Origin: Candidatus Multivoradales bacterium
GTDB taxonomy: Bacteria > Acidobacteriota > Thermoanaerobaculia > Multivoradales > JAHEKO01
Assembly: GCA_965248055.1 (NCBI GenBank)
Contig: CBDFIJ010000004.1
Span: forward strand, 160,001 to 224,000
Reading direction: 5' to 3'
DNA: 64,000 nt
Shown one piece after another: positions 49,840 through 59,569 of the stretch. The notes beneath the pieces are model-generated. The model did no database searches, was not told the origin of the DNA, and saw only the letters and a list, made by a program, of their open reading frames with translations. A program made the translations under genes and the position numbers. Every line of letters begins with the position of its first letter. Position 1 is the stretch's first letter.

Positions 49840-51410
49840 TTTGGTCGATGTACCTCATCCCCGCCCACAACCAACAACTCGACTTCCAACTGGGCTGGCC
49901 CGACCGGGCGTCGCACGCGGCTAGACACCACCACCTTCTGCTTTGTATCGATCCTCTCTTGGACTTGAATTGGTCGGCGGTAGGCCAACAGATCCCGGTC
50001 TCCCTGCCGGACACCAACGCGCACCTGCACCTGTCCGGCGCCCGATTCCGTCAGCCACGAGGCTCGGCCGGTGTTGGTCAGTTCTACCTGAATCTCACGC
50101 ATTTCTCCCTCCGCCCAGGGCCGGTCGGCACCCCGCACCTCGATCACGCCACTCAACTGATGCGCCGTAATTGAAGTTTGTATCGGCTGGGTGACCGACT
50201 TCGAGACCTTCGCCGGTGTTCGAGAGATCTCGTCACAGGCAGCTACTATTTCTGCCGCAGCATCTTCCAATCGATGTTCCCGCGCCACGTAGTCTCGCGC
50301 GCGCTGCTCCATTTCCCGCACCCTCTCCGGCTGCGCGGCCAGTTCAAGCACCGCTGCCGCTAGCGCCTCGACTTCACCTTCGCCCACCGGCACCTTGACC
50401 CCAACCTCGTCCGGCAACTCGGCAAACTGCGCGTATTCCGAGGTCACCGCCGCTTTGCCGACCGCCAGCACCCTGAGCAAAGAGGCCGAGGTCTCACCGG
50501 CGGACGGGTAACGCAGATTGAGCGCTAGATTGCTGGCCGCGATCGCCGCCTCGAAATCAGCGAAGTCCAAAAAGCCGGTGACGTGTACCCGGCCGGCGAG
50601 ATCCAACTGATGCATTTGTCGTTTCAGATCCAAAGTTGGAGCAACCTCGCCGGCGATCAACAAATGAACTCCTTGCAGTCCAGGTTGGTGCATCGCGCGC
50701 ATCACCTCCAAGGGCCGTTTCATCGGCGTCTGAAAGCCGAACGACCCGAGCAAGAAGGCGTCCTGAGGAATCCCCCACTGGCTGCGGAAAACGGCTCCAC
50801 GATCGGCGTCGACCTCGGCCACCGGCGGAATGCCCATGCGCACGGTAAACACCGAAAGCTCGGGGTTTTCTTCCAGGATCGTCTCCCGCGCCCAATTGCT
50901 ATGCACCAAAATGCCGCGTTGTCGCTGTAGCAAGCGACGGTGCGCGGGCAGAGAAAACTGCGAAGCGTTGCCAAAGGCGCGCCAACGAAAGGGCCGCGCC
51001 GCCAAATCCCCTATCCAGCCATGGTCCTTTGCCAACCGCCGTTGGTACGGGTCGTAGTTGTCCTCACCCAGGGTACGGCCCAGCAGGTAGTGATGCAGTA
51101 CCACGTCGTGCAGAGTCAACACCCCGGGGCGCCGCATCGCCAGCCGCTCGATCTGCTGGTGATATGGGTTGTTGCCCATCTGATACAAAGGCAACCTCTG
51201 TGCAAGCGGCTGCAGTTGCCAGACTTCCGCTGCCAGCGGATGCCAGGCGTCGACCACACTTTCAGACACCGGTTGCTCGGGGAGTCTGACCACGCGAACA
51301 TCAGCTCGCTCAGCGAGAAACGGAAGCAGGTCTAGGCTGTAGTCTGAGATGCCAGAACGGACCGGCGGCAGCGGCGACAGATAATCGATTTTTAGCAATG
51401 GCGCGGTCAC
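49821..51410 (-). CDS. glycosyltransferase family 4 with a C-terminal Ig-like domain
   Basis: SPLPPVRSGISDYS, YQMGNNPYH, LHD, FGFQTPMKR, LRYPSAGETSA. Confidence 0.88.
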   Translation of the reverse strand: MTAPLLKIDYLSPLPPVRSGISDYSLDLLPFLAERADVRVVRLPEQPVSESVVDAWHPLAAEVWQLQPLAQRLPLYQMGNNPYHQQIERLAMRRPGVLTLHDVVLHHYLLGRTLGEDNYDPYQRRLAKDHGWIGDLAARPFRWRAFGNASQFSLPAHRRLLQRQRGILVHSNWARETILEENPELSVFTVRMGIPPVAEVDADRGAVFRSQWGIPQDAFLLGSFGFQTPMKRPLEVMRAMHQPGLQGVHLLIAGEVAPTLDLKRQMHQLDLAGRVHVTGFLDFADFEAAIAASNLALNLRYPSAGETSASLLRVLAVGKAAVTSEYAQFAELPDEVGVKVPVGEGEVEALAAAVLELAAQPERVREMEQRARDYVAREHRLEDAAAEIVAACDEISRTPAKVSKSVTQPIQTSITAHQLSGVIEVRGADRPWAEGEMREIQVELTNTGRASWLTESGAGQVQVRVGVRQGDRDLLAYRRPIQVQERIDTKQKVVVSSRVRRPVGPAQLEVELLVVGGDEVHRPKWVESI

Positions 51411-51427
51411 CGGCTCAGGCCCTCGAG

Positions 51428-52541
51428 CTAAGTCCCCGCGCTTGCATTGTTGTCTAGCCAAGCCTCAATGAACGGATCGATCCCACCGTCTAGAACTTTG
51501 TCCGCATCGCCGATTTCAAGATCGGTGCGATGATCCTTGACCATCCGATAGGGGTGCAGCACGTAGGAGCGAATCTGGCTGCCCCAGCCGATTTCCATTT
51601 TCTCGCCCTCATCCTTGGCCCGTTCTTCGGCACGGTTGCGCATCTCCAGGTCGTAGAGACGGGCGCGCAACAGCTTCATCGCAGTCGCCCGGTTCTTGAT
51701 TTGGCTGCGTTCATTTTGACATTGCACGACGATCCCGGAAGGCGCATGGGTGATGCGCACCGCGGATTCAGTCTTGTTGACGTGTTGCCCGCCGGCCCCT
51801 GAAGCGCGGTAGGTATCAATGCGCAAATCACCGTCCTCGATTTCAATGACCACGTCGTCGTCCAGCTCTGGATAGACCGAAACCGAAGCAAAGGAGGTAT
51901 GACGACGAGACTGCGCGTCGAATGGGCTGATGCGCACCAAGCGATGCACGCCGATCTCGGACTGTAGATAACCGTATGCGTACTCTCCCCGTATTGCGAA
52001 GGTCGAACTCTTGATTCCCGCTTCTTCACCGTCCAGGCGATCCAGGATCTCGGTACTGAAGCCACGCGCCTCCGCCCAGCGCAAATACATCCGTTCCAGC
52101 GCTTCTGCCCAGTCCTGAGACTCAGTGCCGCCGGCTCCTGGATGGATATTGACCAACGCTGGAGCCGCGTCGTGTTCCCCGGACAACTTGAGTTCCAGGT
52201 CCAAGACCTGCATCCGACGCTCAAGCCTCTCCACCAGACGCAGCGCCTCGTCGTCCGGTTCGCCCTCGCTGAGCAGTTCCTGCCAGACCCCCAACTCTTC
52301 CTCGCCACCGGCGAGGTCGTCTAGGGTTTGAAGCTTACGCTCCAAACTGCGGCGCTGTCGCAACACCCCAGCACTGGCCTGCGGTTGGTCCCAAAAGTCT
52401 GGCGCTTCAATCTGCTGATCTAAAGCTTGAAGATCCGCCTCCAATTTGGGACGGTCAAAGAAACCCCCTCAAACTCTGGATCTTTTCCACCAAAGCTTCA
52501 ATGCGTTGTGTGGTTTCGACTGCTGACATTGACTCGACCAT
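51428..52541 (-). CDS. prfB: peptide chain release factor 2 with programmed +1 frameshift
   Basis: SPF and GGQ motifs. Short N-terminal ORF ...KIQSLRGFL* joins DRPKLEAD across AGGGGG-TTT-CTT-TGA-C. Start 52541 or 52529. Confidence 0.96.
52454..52469 (-). promoter_or_regulatory. prfB autoregulatory +1 frameshift site
   Basis: Internal SD AGGGGG, 3-nt spacer, CTT TGA C. Confidence 0.95.
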
Positions 52542-52651
52542 TCCTCTTTTCTGCCATGACCAGCGGGTCCTCACGTCAACCCGTAACAAGCAAGGCTAGG
52601 ATTAGAAAATCATCTCTAAACCGATTCGGTCAGTTGGCGCGAAACTCCTTG

Positions 52652-54226
52652 CTACTCGCCTGCGGAGAGAACTCCGCGTGGTGACCGCCAACCTGGAACT
52701 ACCATAACAAACCCGAGGCAAGCAGCCGCGAACAACGGCACCAACCAGGGCCAGCGTTGATAGAAGGTTTGATGATCATGAATCGCAACTCGAGCGGTTA
52801 CAGTCCCGGCACTCCCCAGAGCGATCGTCTCCAGGATCTGCCCAGACGGATCAATGATCGCCGAGATTCCAGTCAATGCGGCGCGCACCACCGATCTCCC
52901 GGACTCGGCGGCGCGAAACCGCGAGGCGCGCAACAGTTGGCGCGGCGCTGAGGTATCCCCATACCAAGCGTCATTGGTGAGGTGGACTAAGAGTTCTGCC
53001 CCACTATCAACCAAGTCGCGCGTCTGATTTGAATAGATCGCGTCATAGCAGATCGAAACGCCGAGCTCAGTCGATCGCCATTCGATCGCGTCCGCCTCGG
53101 CCCCCGGAGTGAACTCACTAGCCCCCCGTGCGATCTGCTTGACGAACGGCAGCAGCGTGCGAAAAGGAATGTATTCACCCCAAGGAACCAGGTGAACCTT
53201 GTCGTAGGAACCGATCACCCCACCCTCCCCCACCAACAGCGCTGAGTTGTAGGTTCTCTCGTCGACCGAGCGAGTGGCGTTGATCACCAAGCTACAGCCG
53301 GAGTCGGTTAGACCATCGATATCGTCCCGTAACCTCTGATGCATGCTGTACGAGTAAGGAAAAGCTGCGCTCTCCGGAATCACCACCAGGGTGCCGGGAA
53401 AACAGGCCGCATCGATTAGTTCCAAGGTCTCACGGTACTGTTTTTCGATCTCCCCACGATCCCAATCGGTCAGCAAGGTTTCGTTGGGCTGCACCAGCGC
53501 AATCGCGATCGAACCGGCCGACGGGCCGGGGTTCGCCCAGCGATCCGCCGCTGCCAAAAGCACAGCAACCAACGAGATAGAAACTAAGAGCGGGGCGACG
53601 TTTCTCCGCCGCACGGAAACCACCGCCGCGGTTGGGATCAGGATCACCAGCCAAGAAATACCCGGCGTTCCTAGCCACGAAGCCAGCGGCAGCACACCGG
53701 GTAGATCTACCCAAGCCTGAGCGGCCGGATTCCAAGGGAAGCCGGGAAAGAATTTTCCCTGCAAGATCTCGATCACCACCCAAGCGGCTGGAACCGCGAG
53801 CCAGACCCATGGACCTAGGAAGCACTGCCCCAACAACCGAGACCGCAAAGACCGAGTAACCGCGCCAGACGGAGCCCAGGGACCCAAAGCCGAAGTCACC
53901 TCCGGGGCAAGCATCCGATAGCCAATCCAGCCGAACACACCCTGAAAAAGCGCCAGGTACATCGACAGAAAAAACAGACCCAGCCAACCGACCGAGGTCG
54001 GAAAACCCCCGGCAGTCACCAAGGTCGGAGCGATCCAGTGAATCGACACCGTCCAGAAGCCAACGCCGAATGCCCAGCCGGCCCCGAATCCACCCTTGCG
54101 CAACACCAGGAACAGCGGCAACAGCGCGAACCAAGACATCCAGGCGGCGCCGTAGGTGGAAAAAGCCAGCGCCCAAAGCACCCCGGACAAGGCCGCTACC
54201 GCAAGCCGCGGCAGCACAGTTTTCAT
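52652..54226 (-). CDS. lnt: apolipoprotein N-acyltransferase
   Basis: GFPW, VQPN, PESA, YDKVHLVPWGEY, ICYD, TNDAWYG. Confidence 0.95.
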   Translation of the reverse strand: MKTVLPRLAVAALSGVLWALAFSTYGAAWMSWFALLPLFLVLRKGGFGAGWAFGVGFWTVSIHWIAPTLVTAGGFPTSVGWLGLFFLSMYLALFQGVFGWIGYRMLAPEVTSALGPWAPSGAVTRSLRSRLLGQCFLGPWVWLAVPAAWVVIEILQGKFFPGFPWNPAAQAWVDLPGVLPLASWLGTPGISWLVILIPTAAVVSVRRRNVAPLLVSISLVAVLLAAADRWANPGPSAGSIAIALVQPNETLLTDWDRGEIEKQYRETLELIDAACFPGTLVVIPESAAFPYSYSMHQRLRDDIDGLTDSGCSLVINATRSVDERTYNSALLVGEGGVIGSYDKVHLVPWGEYIPFRTLLPFVKQIARGASEFTPGAEADAIEWRSTELGVSICYDAIYSNQTRDLVDSGAELLVHLTNDAWYGDTSAPRQLLRASRFRAAESGRSVVRAALTGISAIIDPSGQILETIALGSAGTVTARVAIHDHQTFYQRWPWLVPLFAAACLGFVMVVPGWRSPRGVLSAGE

Positions 54227-54777
54227 TCGGCGGTGGTGATCAATGCTTGTACGTTGAAACTTGCGTCGACCCGCTTCTTGGCAGACTCAGCAGCGGCGCG
54301 ATCGGCGAACGGACCCAAGCGCAGGCGGAAAAAGAGCTGACCCCCGTTGTCAAACGATTGGATGTAAGCGGTGTAACCGGCATCGGTGAGCCGACCCAGA
54401 AAATCTTCAACGGTCTTCTGATTGGGAGTCGACAAGACCTGGAGCACGATCGAGCCAGAGGGTGGCACGGTGCCGGTGGTGGTGCCAGTGCGAGCGCGGT
54501 CCGAAGGTATCGACTTCGGCTCTGCGTTAGTAGAACCCTTCGCATCCGGTTGACTCGAGTCGTCAAAGAAGTCGAGTTCGGGAACCTCTCCCGGCTCTTC
54601 ACCGGCTACCACCTCCGCCTCAGCAACCTGGGTGGTATCGCCATCCGACTCTTGCTGGCCAACCCAAACTCCGGCAAAGAAAGCCAGTGCGACACAGCTC
54701 AAACCGACGATGAAGGACACCAGAACTTGGCGAGAGGTCAGGGCGATTTCGTAATAACTAACTTCGTCTTCAGACAC
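54223..54777 (-). CDS. SPOR-domain cell-division protein
   Basis: Single TM, acidic linker, LQV...FRLRLGPF. GTG 54777 follows AAGGAG. Confidence 0.85.
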   Translation of the reverse strand: MSEDEVSYYEIALTSRQVLVSFIVGLSCVALAFFAGVWVGQQESDGDTTQVAEAEVVAGEEPGEVPELDFFDDSSQPDAKGSTNAEPKSIPSDRARTGTTTGTVPPSGSIVLQVLSTPNQKTVEDFLGRLTDAGYTAYIQSFDNGGQLFFRLRLGPFADRAAAESAKKRVDASFNVQALITTAE

Positions 54778-54805
54778 GGGGACACTCCTTGATTGCGCGA
54801 CAGAC

Positions 54806-55849
54806 TCAATCCGTGCGGCCAGCGCCGTCTTGGACTGGTGAAGTATACGGGAGACGACCAGAACCTTGGCTGCGTCCGGCGCTCGCCGCACCGATCTCGC
54901 CATTCAGCCACGCCAGAGCCTGCGCGTAGACCCCCAACCCCCCGTTCTCGCCCAGATCGAGATCTTTGGGAAAGGCCACATGTCCCCCGGATCGAGCCCA
55001 GCGAACATCCAGCAACGCCGAAGCATCGATATACGGTTCGACGCATCTGGGCGGTACCATCGGATCGCTGACGCTGCCAACATAGAGTGCCGGAATCCGC
55101 AAATCCCCGAGCTGAGGTCCGACACTGGCACGAGCGTAGTAGTCCTCGGCAGAATCGAAACCAAACCGTGGTGCCACGACTTGATCGTCAAACTCACGAA
55201 AATGACGTACCTTGCGTAGGCACTCAACCGGTATCGGCACTTCCCTCTTCTTGGCTACCTCGGCATAGATCTCCAACAGATTGGTGAGCATGTAGCGTCG
55301 ATAGAGCCAGCGCGAAGGCAAATCAATCACCTGACAGCAAGCGGCGAGCTCCAACGGCGCCGAGATCGCCACTACGGCTCGCACCCGCGAATCCAATTGG
55401 GATTCGGTTGCAGCACGCAAGGCGAGGTGGCCACCCAACGAAAATCCGATCACGCTGATGTCTTGAAACGACGCCAACTCCGGGCTAGCTAAGACCGCGT
55501 GTAGGTCGTCGGTTAAGCCGGCGTGAAAATAGTCCTCCCCGGACCGATCCGCGCCGCGCAGGCTAAAACGCAATGTCGAAAAGCCCGCAGCCAAAGCGAA
55601 ATCGACCATTTCCGCCGCGTAGCCCGAGTCAGCAGACCCGCCGAGCCCGTGAATAACCACCACCACCCGTTCTGCACTGGCTTGATCCAACCAACCACTC
55701 AGGCGAACTCGTCCCAGCGCCGGATCTTCGACCGCGCCCCACCACCGAACGGATCGATTGCGAAGTTCCAGACGATTGCGCCGAACTAGGTCTCGTACGG
55801 TCCAAGCATGGCCCAGAATGTTCACAGATCTCGACATTTCCGCATCCAA
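54806..55849 (-). CDS. alpha/beta hydrolase (YheT-like)
   Basis: IHGLGGS, HAGLTDD, GFSLGG, DP, GGHVAF. Confidence 0.9.
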   Translation of the reverse strand: MDAEMSRSVNILGHAWTVRDLVRRNRLELRNRSVRWWGAVEDPALGRVRLSGWLDQASAERVVVVIHGLGGSADSGYAAEMVDFALAAGFSTLRFSLRGADRSGEDYFHAGLTDDLHAVLASPELASFQDISVIGFSLGGHLALRAATESQLDSRVRAVVAISAPLELAACCQVIDLPSRWLYRRYMLTNLLEIYAEVAKKREVPIPVECLRKVRHFREFDDQVVAPRFGFDSAEDYYARASVGPQLGDLRIPALYVGSVSDPMVPPRCVEPYIDASALLDVRWARSGGHVAFPKDLDLGENGGLGVYAQALAWLNGEIGAASAGRSQGSGRLPYTSPVQDGAGRTD

Positions 55850-55929
55850 CCTTATGATAGCGACAGTTATTGTGACCCAAAACGGTCGCCACGCTGCTGT
55901 CTCGACCTGCTCGCAAGGAGAACTCGAAT

Positions 55930-56298
55930 ATGAATCAAGCGCAAACCAAACAACTTAGCCTAGCTTTGCAATTGGTCGGAGTGATTTTCATTGTCGGCAT
56001 CTACCTGATGATGCGGTTCATGACTTCGGCATGGAGTTGGGAACCCCGCCAACCGGAGTACGAACAAATGATCATGGGCCTCTACGTGGTCCTGGGGATC
56101 TTTCTACTCAAGGCCTCCAAAGACCCCGTTCAACACATGAGTTTGATCTGGTTTACCGTTTGGTCGAGTGCGGTACACGCCGCGATCATGTTGGTGCAAG
56201 CGCTGCGTGATCCAGCCGAAACCGCCAACCTGTACGGTGATGTTCCTGCTCTGTTCGTGGTCGCTGGGTTGCTTGGTTTCTTAGCCAGCCGCAAGTAG
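55930..56298 (+). CDS. small membrane protein (DUF6632-like)
   Basis: WSWEPRQPEYEQMI..LGIFLL..SLIWFTVWSS.VHA.IM; family recalled, not searched. Confidence 0.7.
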   Translation: MNQAQTKQLSLALQLVGVIFIVGIYLMMRFMTSAWSWEPRQPEYEQMIMGLYVVLGIFLLKASKDPVQHMSLIWFTVWSSAVHAAIMLVQALRDPAETANLYGDVPALFVVAGLLGFLASRK

Positions 56299-56347
56299 AC
56301 CGAACGCATTCTGCAGTGGGCAACCTGGTTGCCGGTAAAGTACTCCT

Positions 56348-56833
56348 GTGCCAACAGAAGAATATGTGCTGAGCTTCCCGGTACAGTGGGCCGACTTGGA
56401 TCCCAATGGCCACCTGAGGCATTCTGCCTACAACGACGATTACGCCACCCACGTTCGCTTTAGTTATCTGCAAGAATGTGGCTTTGGCCCAGACCAGTTC
56501 GCCAAAGTCGGCATCGGTCCGGTAATTCTGCGAGAAGAAACTCGATTCCTCGCCGAGATCAGAATGGGAGCCACCATTCGCATCGACTTTCAACTGCGAT
56601 CGGCGTCGGCAGATTTTCGTCGCTTCAGCCTATTTCACGGTGTTTTTGGAGAAACCAGTGTCTCTAGAGAAATCAGCGTCACCCAGGAACCGGGCAATCC
56701 GGCGGCGACAGTAATCGTGGATGGAGGCTGGCTGGATCTAACAACGCGCAAACTGGTAGCGCCGCCGTCGGAACTGGCTCAGACTATGCGTCGACTGCCC
56801 CGCACCAAGGATTACGCGCTGATCGAGGGTTGA
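56348..56833 (+). CDS. hot-dog-fold acyl-CoA thioesterase
   Basis: WADLDPNGHLRHSAY, GPVILREETRF, WLDLTTRK. Confidence 0.85.
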   Translation: MPTEEYVLSFPVQWADLDPNGHLRHSAYNDDYATHVRFSYLQECGFGPDQFAKVGIGPVILREETRFLAEIRMGATIRIDFQLRSASADFRRFSLFHGVFGETSVSREISVTQEPGNPAATVIVDGGWLDLTTRKLVAPPSELAQTMRRLPRTKDYALIEG

Positions 56834-56956
56834 ATTATCAGTGCGTTGATCGGCCACAGGCCCGTCGGCGTGTGCTAAATTCCCGCCGTCCGCGCAAAGG
56901 CGATTTCAAGGCAAATCGATCGCCTCTTCCTCCTAACCATAAGATTCTGAGCAACG

Positions 56957-57934
56957 ATGATCTACGAAAATCTCCTCGAAACAATGGGCAATACGCCACT
57001 GGTCAAACTCGGGCGCTTCTGCCCGGGTGAGGTCACAGTCGCCGCCAAGATCGAGTCCTTCAACCCCGGCAACAGCGTCAAAGACCGTATCGGCATTGCC
57101 ATGATCGAGGCCGGCGAGAAGGCTGGCGACCTCAAACCGGGTGGCACCATCGTCGAACCGACCTCCGGCAACACCGGGCTCGGTTTGGCGCTGGTGGCGA
57201 ATCTCCGCGGCTATAAGCTAATTTGCACCGCTGCCGAAAAAATCCCCGCGGAGAAGGTCGCCCTGTTGGAAGCCTACGGAGCCACCGTCATCACCTGTCC
57301 GACAGATGTCGACGCCGAAGACCCACGGTCCTATTACAAGGTTGCCGAGCGCTTCCGCGATGAAGAAGGGGCCTTTCTTCCCTATCAGTACTACAACCAG
57401 GCCAATCCAACCGCTCACTACGACACCACCGGACCCGAGATCTGGGAACAAACCGAAGGGCGCATTACCCACTGGGTGGCCGGAGTGGGCACCGGGGGCA
57501 CCATCAGTGGCACCGCCAAGTACCTCAAGGAGCAGAACCCGGACATTGAAGTGGTTGGTGTCGACCCGATCGGCAGCGTCTACAAATACTTCAAAGAGCA
57601 CGGGGACCTGCCCGCGACAGACCAGATTCACCAGTATTTGATCGATGGCATCGGCGAGGACCTGATGCCGGCGAGCGTGTGGATGGATCAAATCGATCGC
57701 ATTATCAAGGTCGACGACAAGACCGCCTACGACGCGGTGTTCGAGCTGGCCAAGAAAGAAGCGATCTTCACCGGCTCCTCCGGTGGCGCTGCGGTGGTCG
57801 GAGCTTGCCGAGTCGCCAAAGAAGCCACGCCCGGCTCGCTGGTGGTCACCTTGCTCCCCGACTCCGGTGAGCGCTATCTGTCCAAACTCAACAAGACTTG
57901 GCTGCGCGAGAACGGCCTCCTCGACGAAGCCTAA
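56957..57934 (+). CDS. PLP-dependent cysteine synthase / cystathionine beta-synthase family protein
   Basis: GNTPLV, NPGNSVKDR, EPTSGNTG, GTGGT, GSSGG, PDSGERYLS. Confidence 0.93.
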   Translation: MIYENLLETMGNTPLVKLGRFCPGEVTVAAKIESFNPGNSVKDRIGIAMIEAGEKAGDLKPGGTIVEPTSGNTGLGLALVANLRGYKLICTAAEKIPAEKVALLEAYGATVITCPTDVDAEDPRSYYKVAERFRDEEGAFLPYQYYNQANPTAHYDTTGPEIWEQTEGRITHWVAGVGTGGTISGTAKYLKEQNPDIEVVGVDPIGSVYKYFKEHGDLPATDQIHQYLIDGIGEDLMPASVWMDQIDRIIKVDDKTAYDAVFELAKKEAIFTGSSGGAAVVGACRVAKEATPGSLVVTLLPDSGERYLSKLNKTWLRENGLLDEA

Positions 57935-57982
57935 AAGGCCTGCGCTCCCCCGCGATTCTGCGGCTCTTCGGCTGCGGAAAAG

Positions 57983-59470
57983 CTAAACCGCGTCGCTAGC
58001 GGCCCAGAACGGCTTCCATTTCTCGTCCGCTGACTTCGGGGTTAGAAAACTGCCGACAACCAAGGTCAAGATGGAGAGAAACCCTGCTGGGTAGATGATG
58101 TAGTCATAGTCCAACGGCATCCTGAATAGGCCCAGATTCATATGCTCGACCCCGGAGTTGGCCAGCAGCGCGAAGACCACCGTTGCGACCACTCCAACAG
58201 CAACCGAAGCAGTACCCGCCAACGGTGTGACGCGCCGCCACAAAAATGCCGCCAACAACGCCGGGGTTACCGCCGCCCCAACCATGGTGTAAGCGTAGAG
58301 CGCCATATCCAAGATGTTCTCGAACTGCGTCGTCAGCACCAAGGCGACCAAAGCCAGGATGACGATCATCAACCTTTGCACCAAGATCACCTTCTTCTCG
58401 CTGGCATCGGGTTCAATGAACCGTTGGTAGATGTCGCGGGTCAAATTGGTTGAAGGAACCATGAGAAAGGTGTTTGCAGTAGAGAAAATAATCGCCGCAG
58501 CGCCGATCAAGAGCAAAACACCGGCAAATACCGGCAGGTGATTGGCACCCAGTTCAAGAATTACGGTTTCAGTCGCCGCGCGATCAAGCGAACCATCTGC
58601 AGCGCGAAATGCCGCGTTGTCCCACAGCGCTCCGGCGCCGAAAATGGCCACCGAATCCAAGATCACTTCGATCACAATCACGCCGACAATCATGCCAATC
58701 ACTGCGGTACGCGCGTGCCATTCGTTTTTCGCCGACATGAATTTCTGATACATGCCGCTCTCACCGAGCAGCAAGAAGAAAGTCGGCAAGAAAAGCCCAA
58801 GGGCTGCGGCGATACCGGTCGAACCAGTGACCGTAAAGTGCGTCGCGGGCAGCGTCTCGGTCAAACCGCTCCAACCTCCGGCAGCTTTCAACGCCAGAGG
58901 AGCGGCGATTAATATCCCGAGGAGAATCATGGTTCCGTTGATCACGTCGAGCGCGACAATCGAAGTCATGCCAGCCAGCACCGTATAGAGGATCACCAAA
59001 CCACAAACGATTCCAATGCCGACTTTTGGATCGATCCCGGTGAGAATATTGAGTAGCTTGCCGCCACCGATAAACTGGTACCCAGCGATCGTCAGGTAGG
59101 CGATGATGATGGCAATCGTCCCCAGCACTCGTGCCGCCGGGGTATAGCGCATCTCCAGAATGTCCGGCACCGTGTACTTGGCGATGCGGCGAACTTTGGG
59201 CGCCAGAAAATAGACGATCGCGATGCCCACCCAGGCACCGGCACTCATCCATAGCGCTGAGAAGCCGCCTCGAAAGGCACGACCGGCCCCGCCAAACAGA
59301 CTGCCGGAGCCGATCCAACTGCAGACCAACGTGCCGACTAAGAACGCCCAGGTGACGCCACGGCCGGCGACCATGAAATCGTCCTGGGTCTTGACCTGCC
59401 GGCTCTTGTAGACGCTGATAGCGATCATCACCGCCAGATAAATTGCAATTGCCCAAAGATAAATATTCAT
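57983..59470 (-). CDS. sodium:solute symporter family protein
   Basis: DFMVAGR, ~13 TM segments, YTVLAGM, YQKFMSAK. Confidence 0.92.
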   Translation of the reverse strand: MNIYLWAIAIYLAVMIAISVYKSRQVKTQDDFMVAGRGVTWAFLVGTLVCSWIGSGSLFGGAGRAFRGGFSALWMSAGAWVGIAIVYFLAPKVRRIAKYTVPDILEMRYTPAARVLGTIAIIIAYLTIAGYQFIGGGKLLNILTGIDPKVGIGIVCGLVILYTVLAGMTSIVALDVINGTMILLGILIAAPLALKAAGGWSGLTETLPATHFTVTGSTGIAAALGLFLPTFFLLLGESGMYQKFMSAKNEWHARTAVIGMIVGVIVIEVILDSVAIFGAGALWDNAAFRAADGSLDRAATETVILELGANHLPVFAGVLLLIGAAAIIFSTANTFLMVPSTNLTRDIYQRFIEPDASEKKVILVQRLMIVILALVALVLTTQFENILDMALYAYTMVGAAVTPALLAAFLWRRVTPLAGTASVAVGVVATVVFALLANSGVEHMNLGLFRMPLDYDYIIYPAGFLSILTLVVGSFLTPKSADEKWKPFWAASDAV

Positions 59471-59569
59471 CCGGTCATCTCCTCAAAGTCGGCTGAGAAT
59501 ACGTGCTCTACGGAAAACCAGCAAACTAACCACTTAGTCATCGCTGCGCTGCAGCTAACGTCCTTGCCC

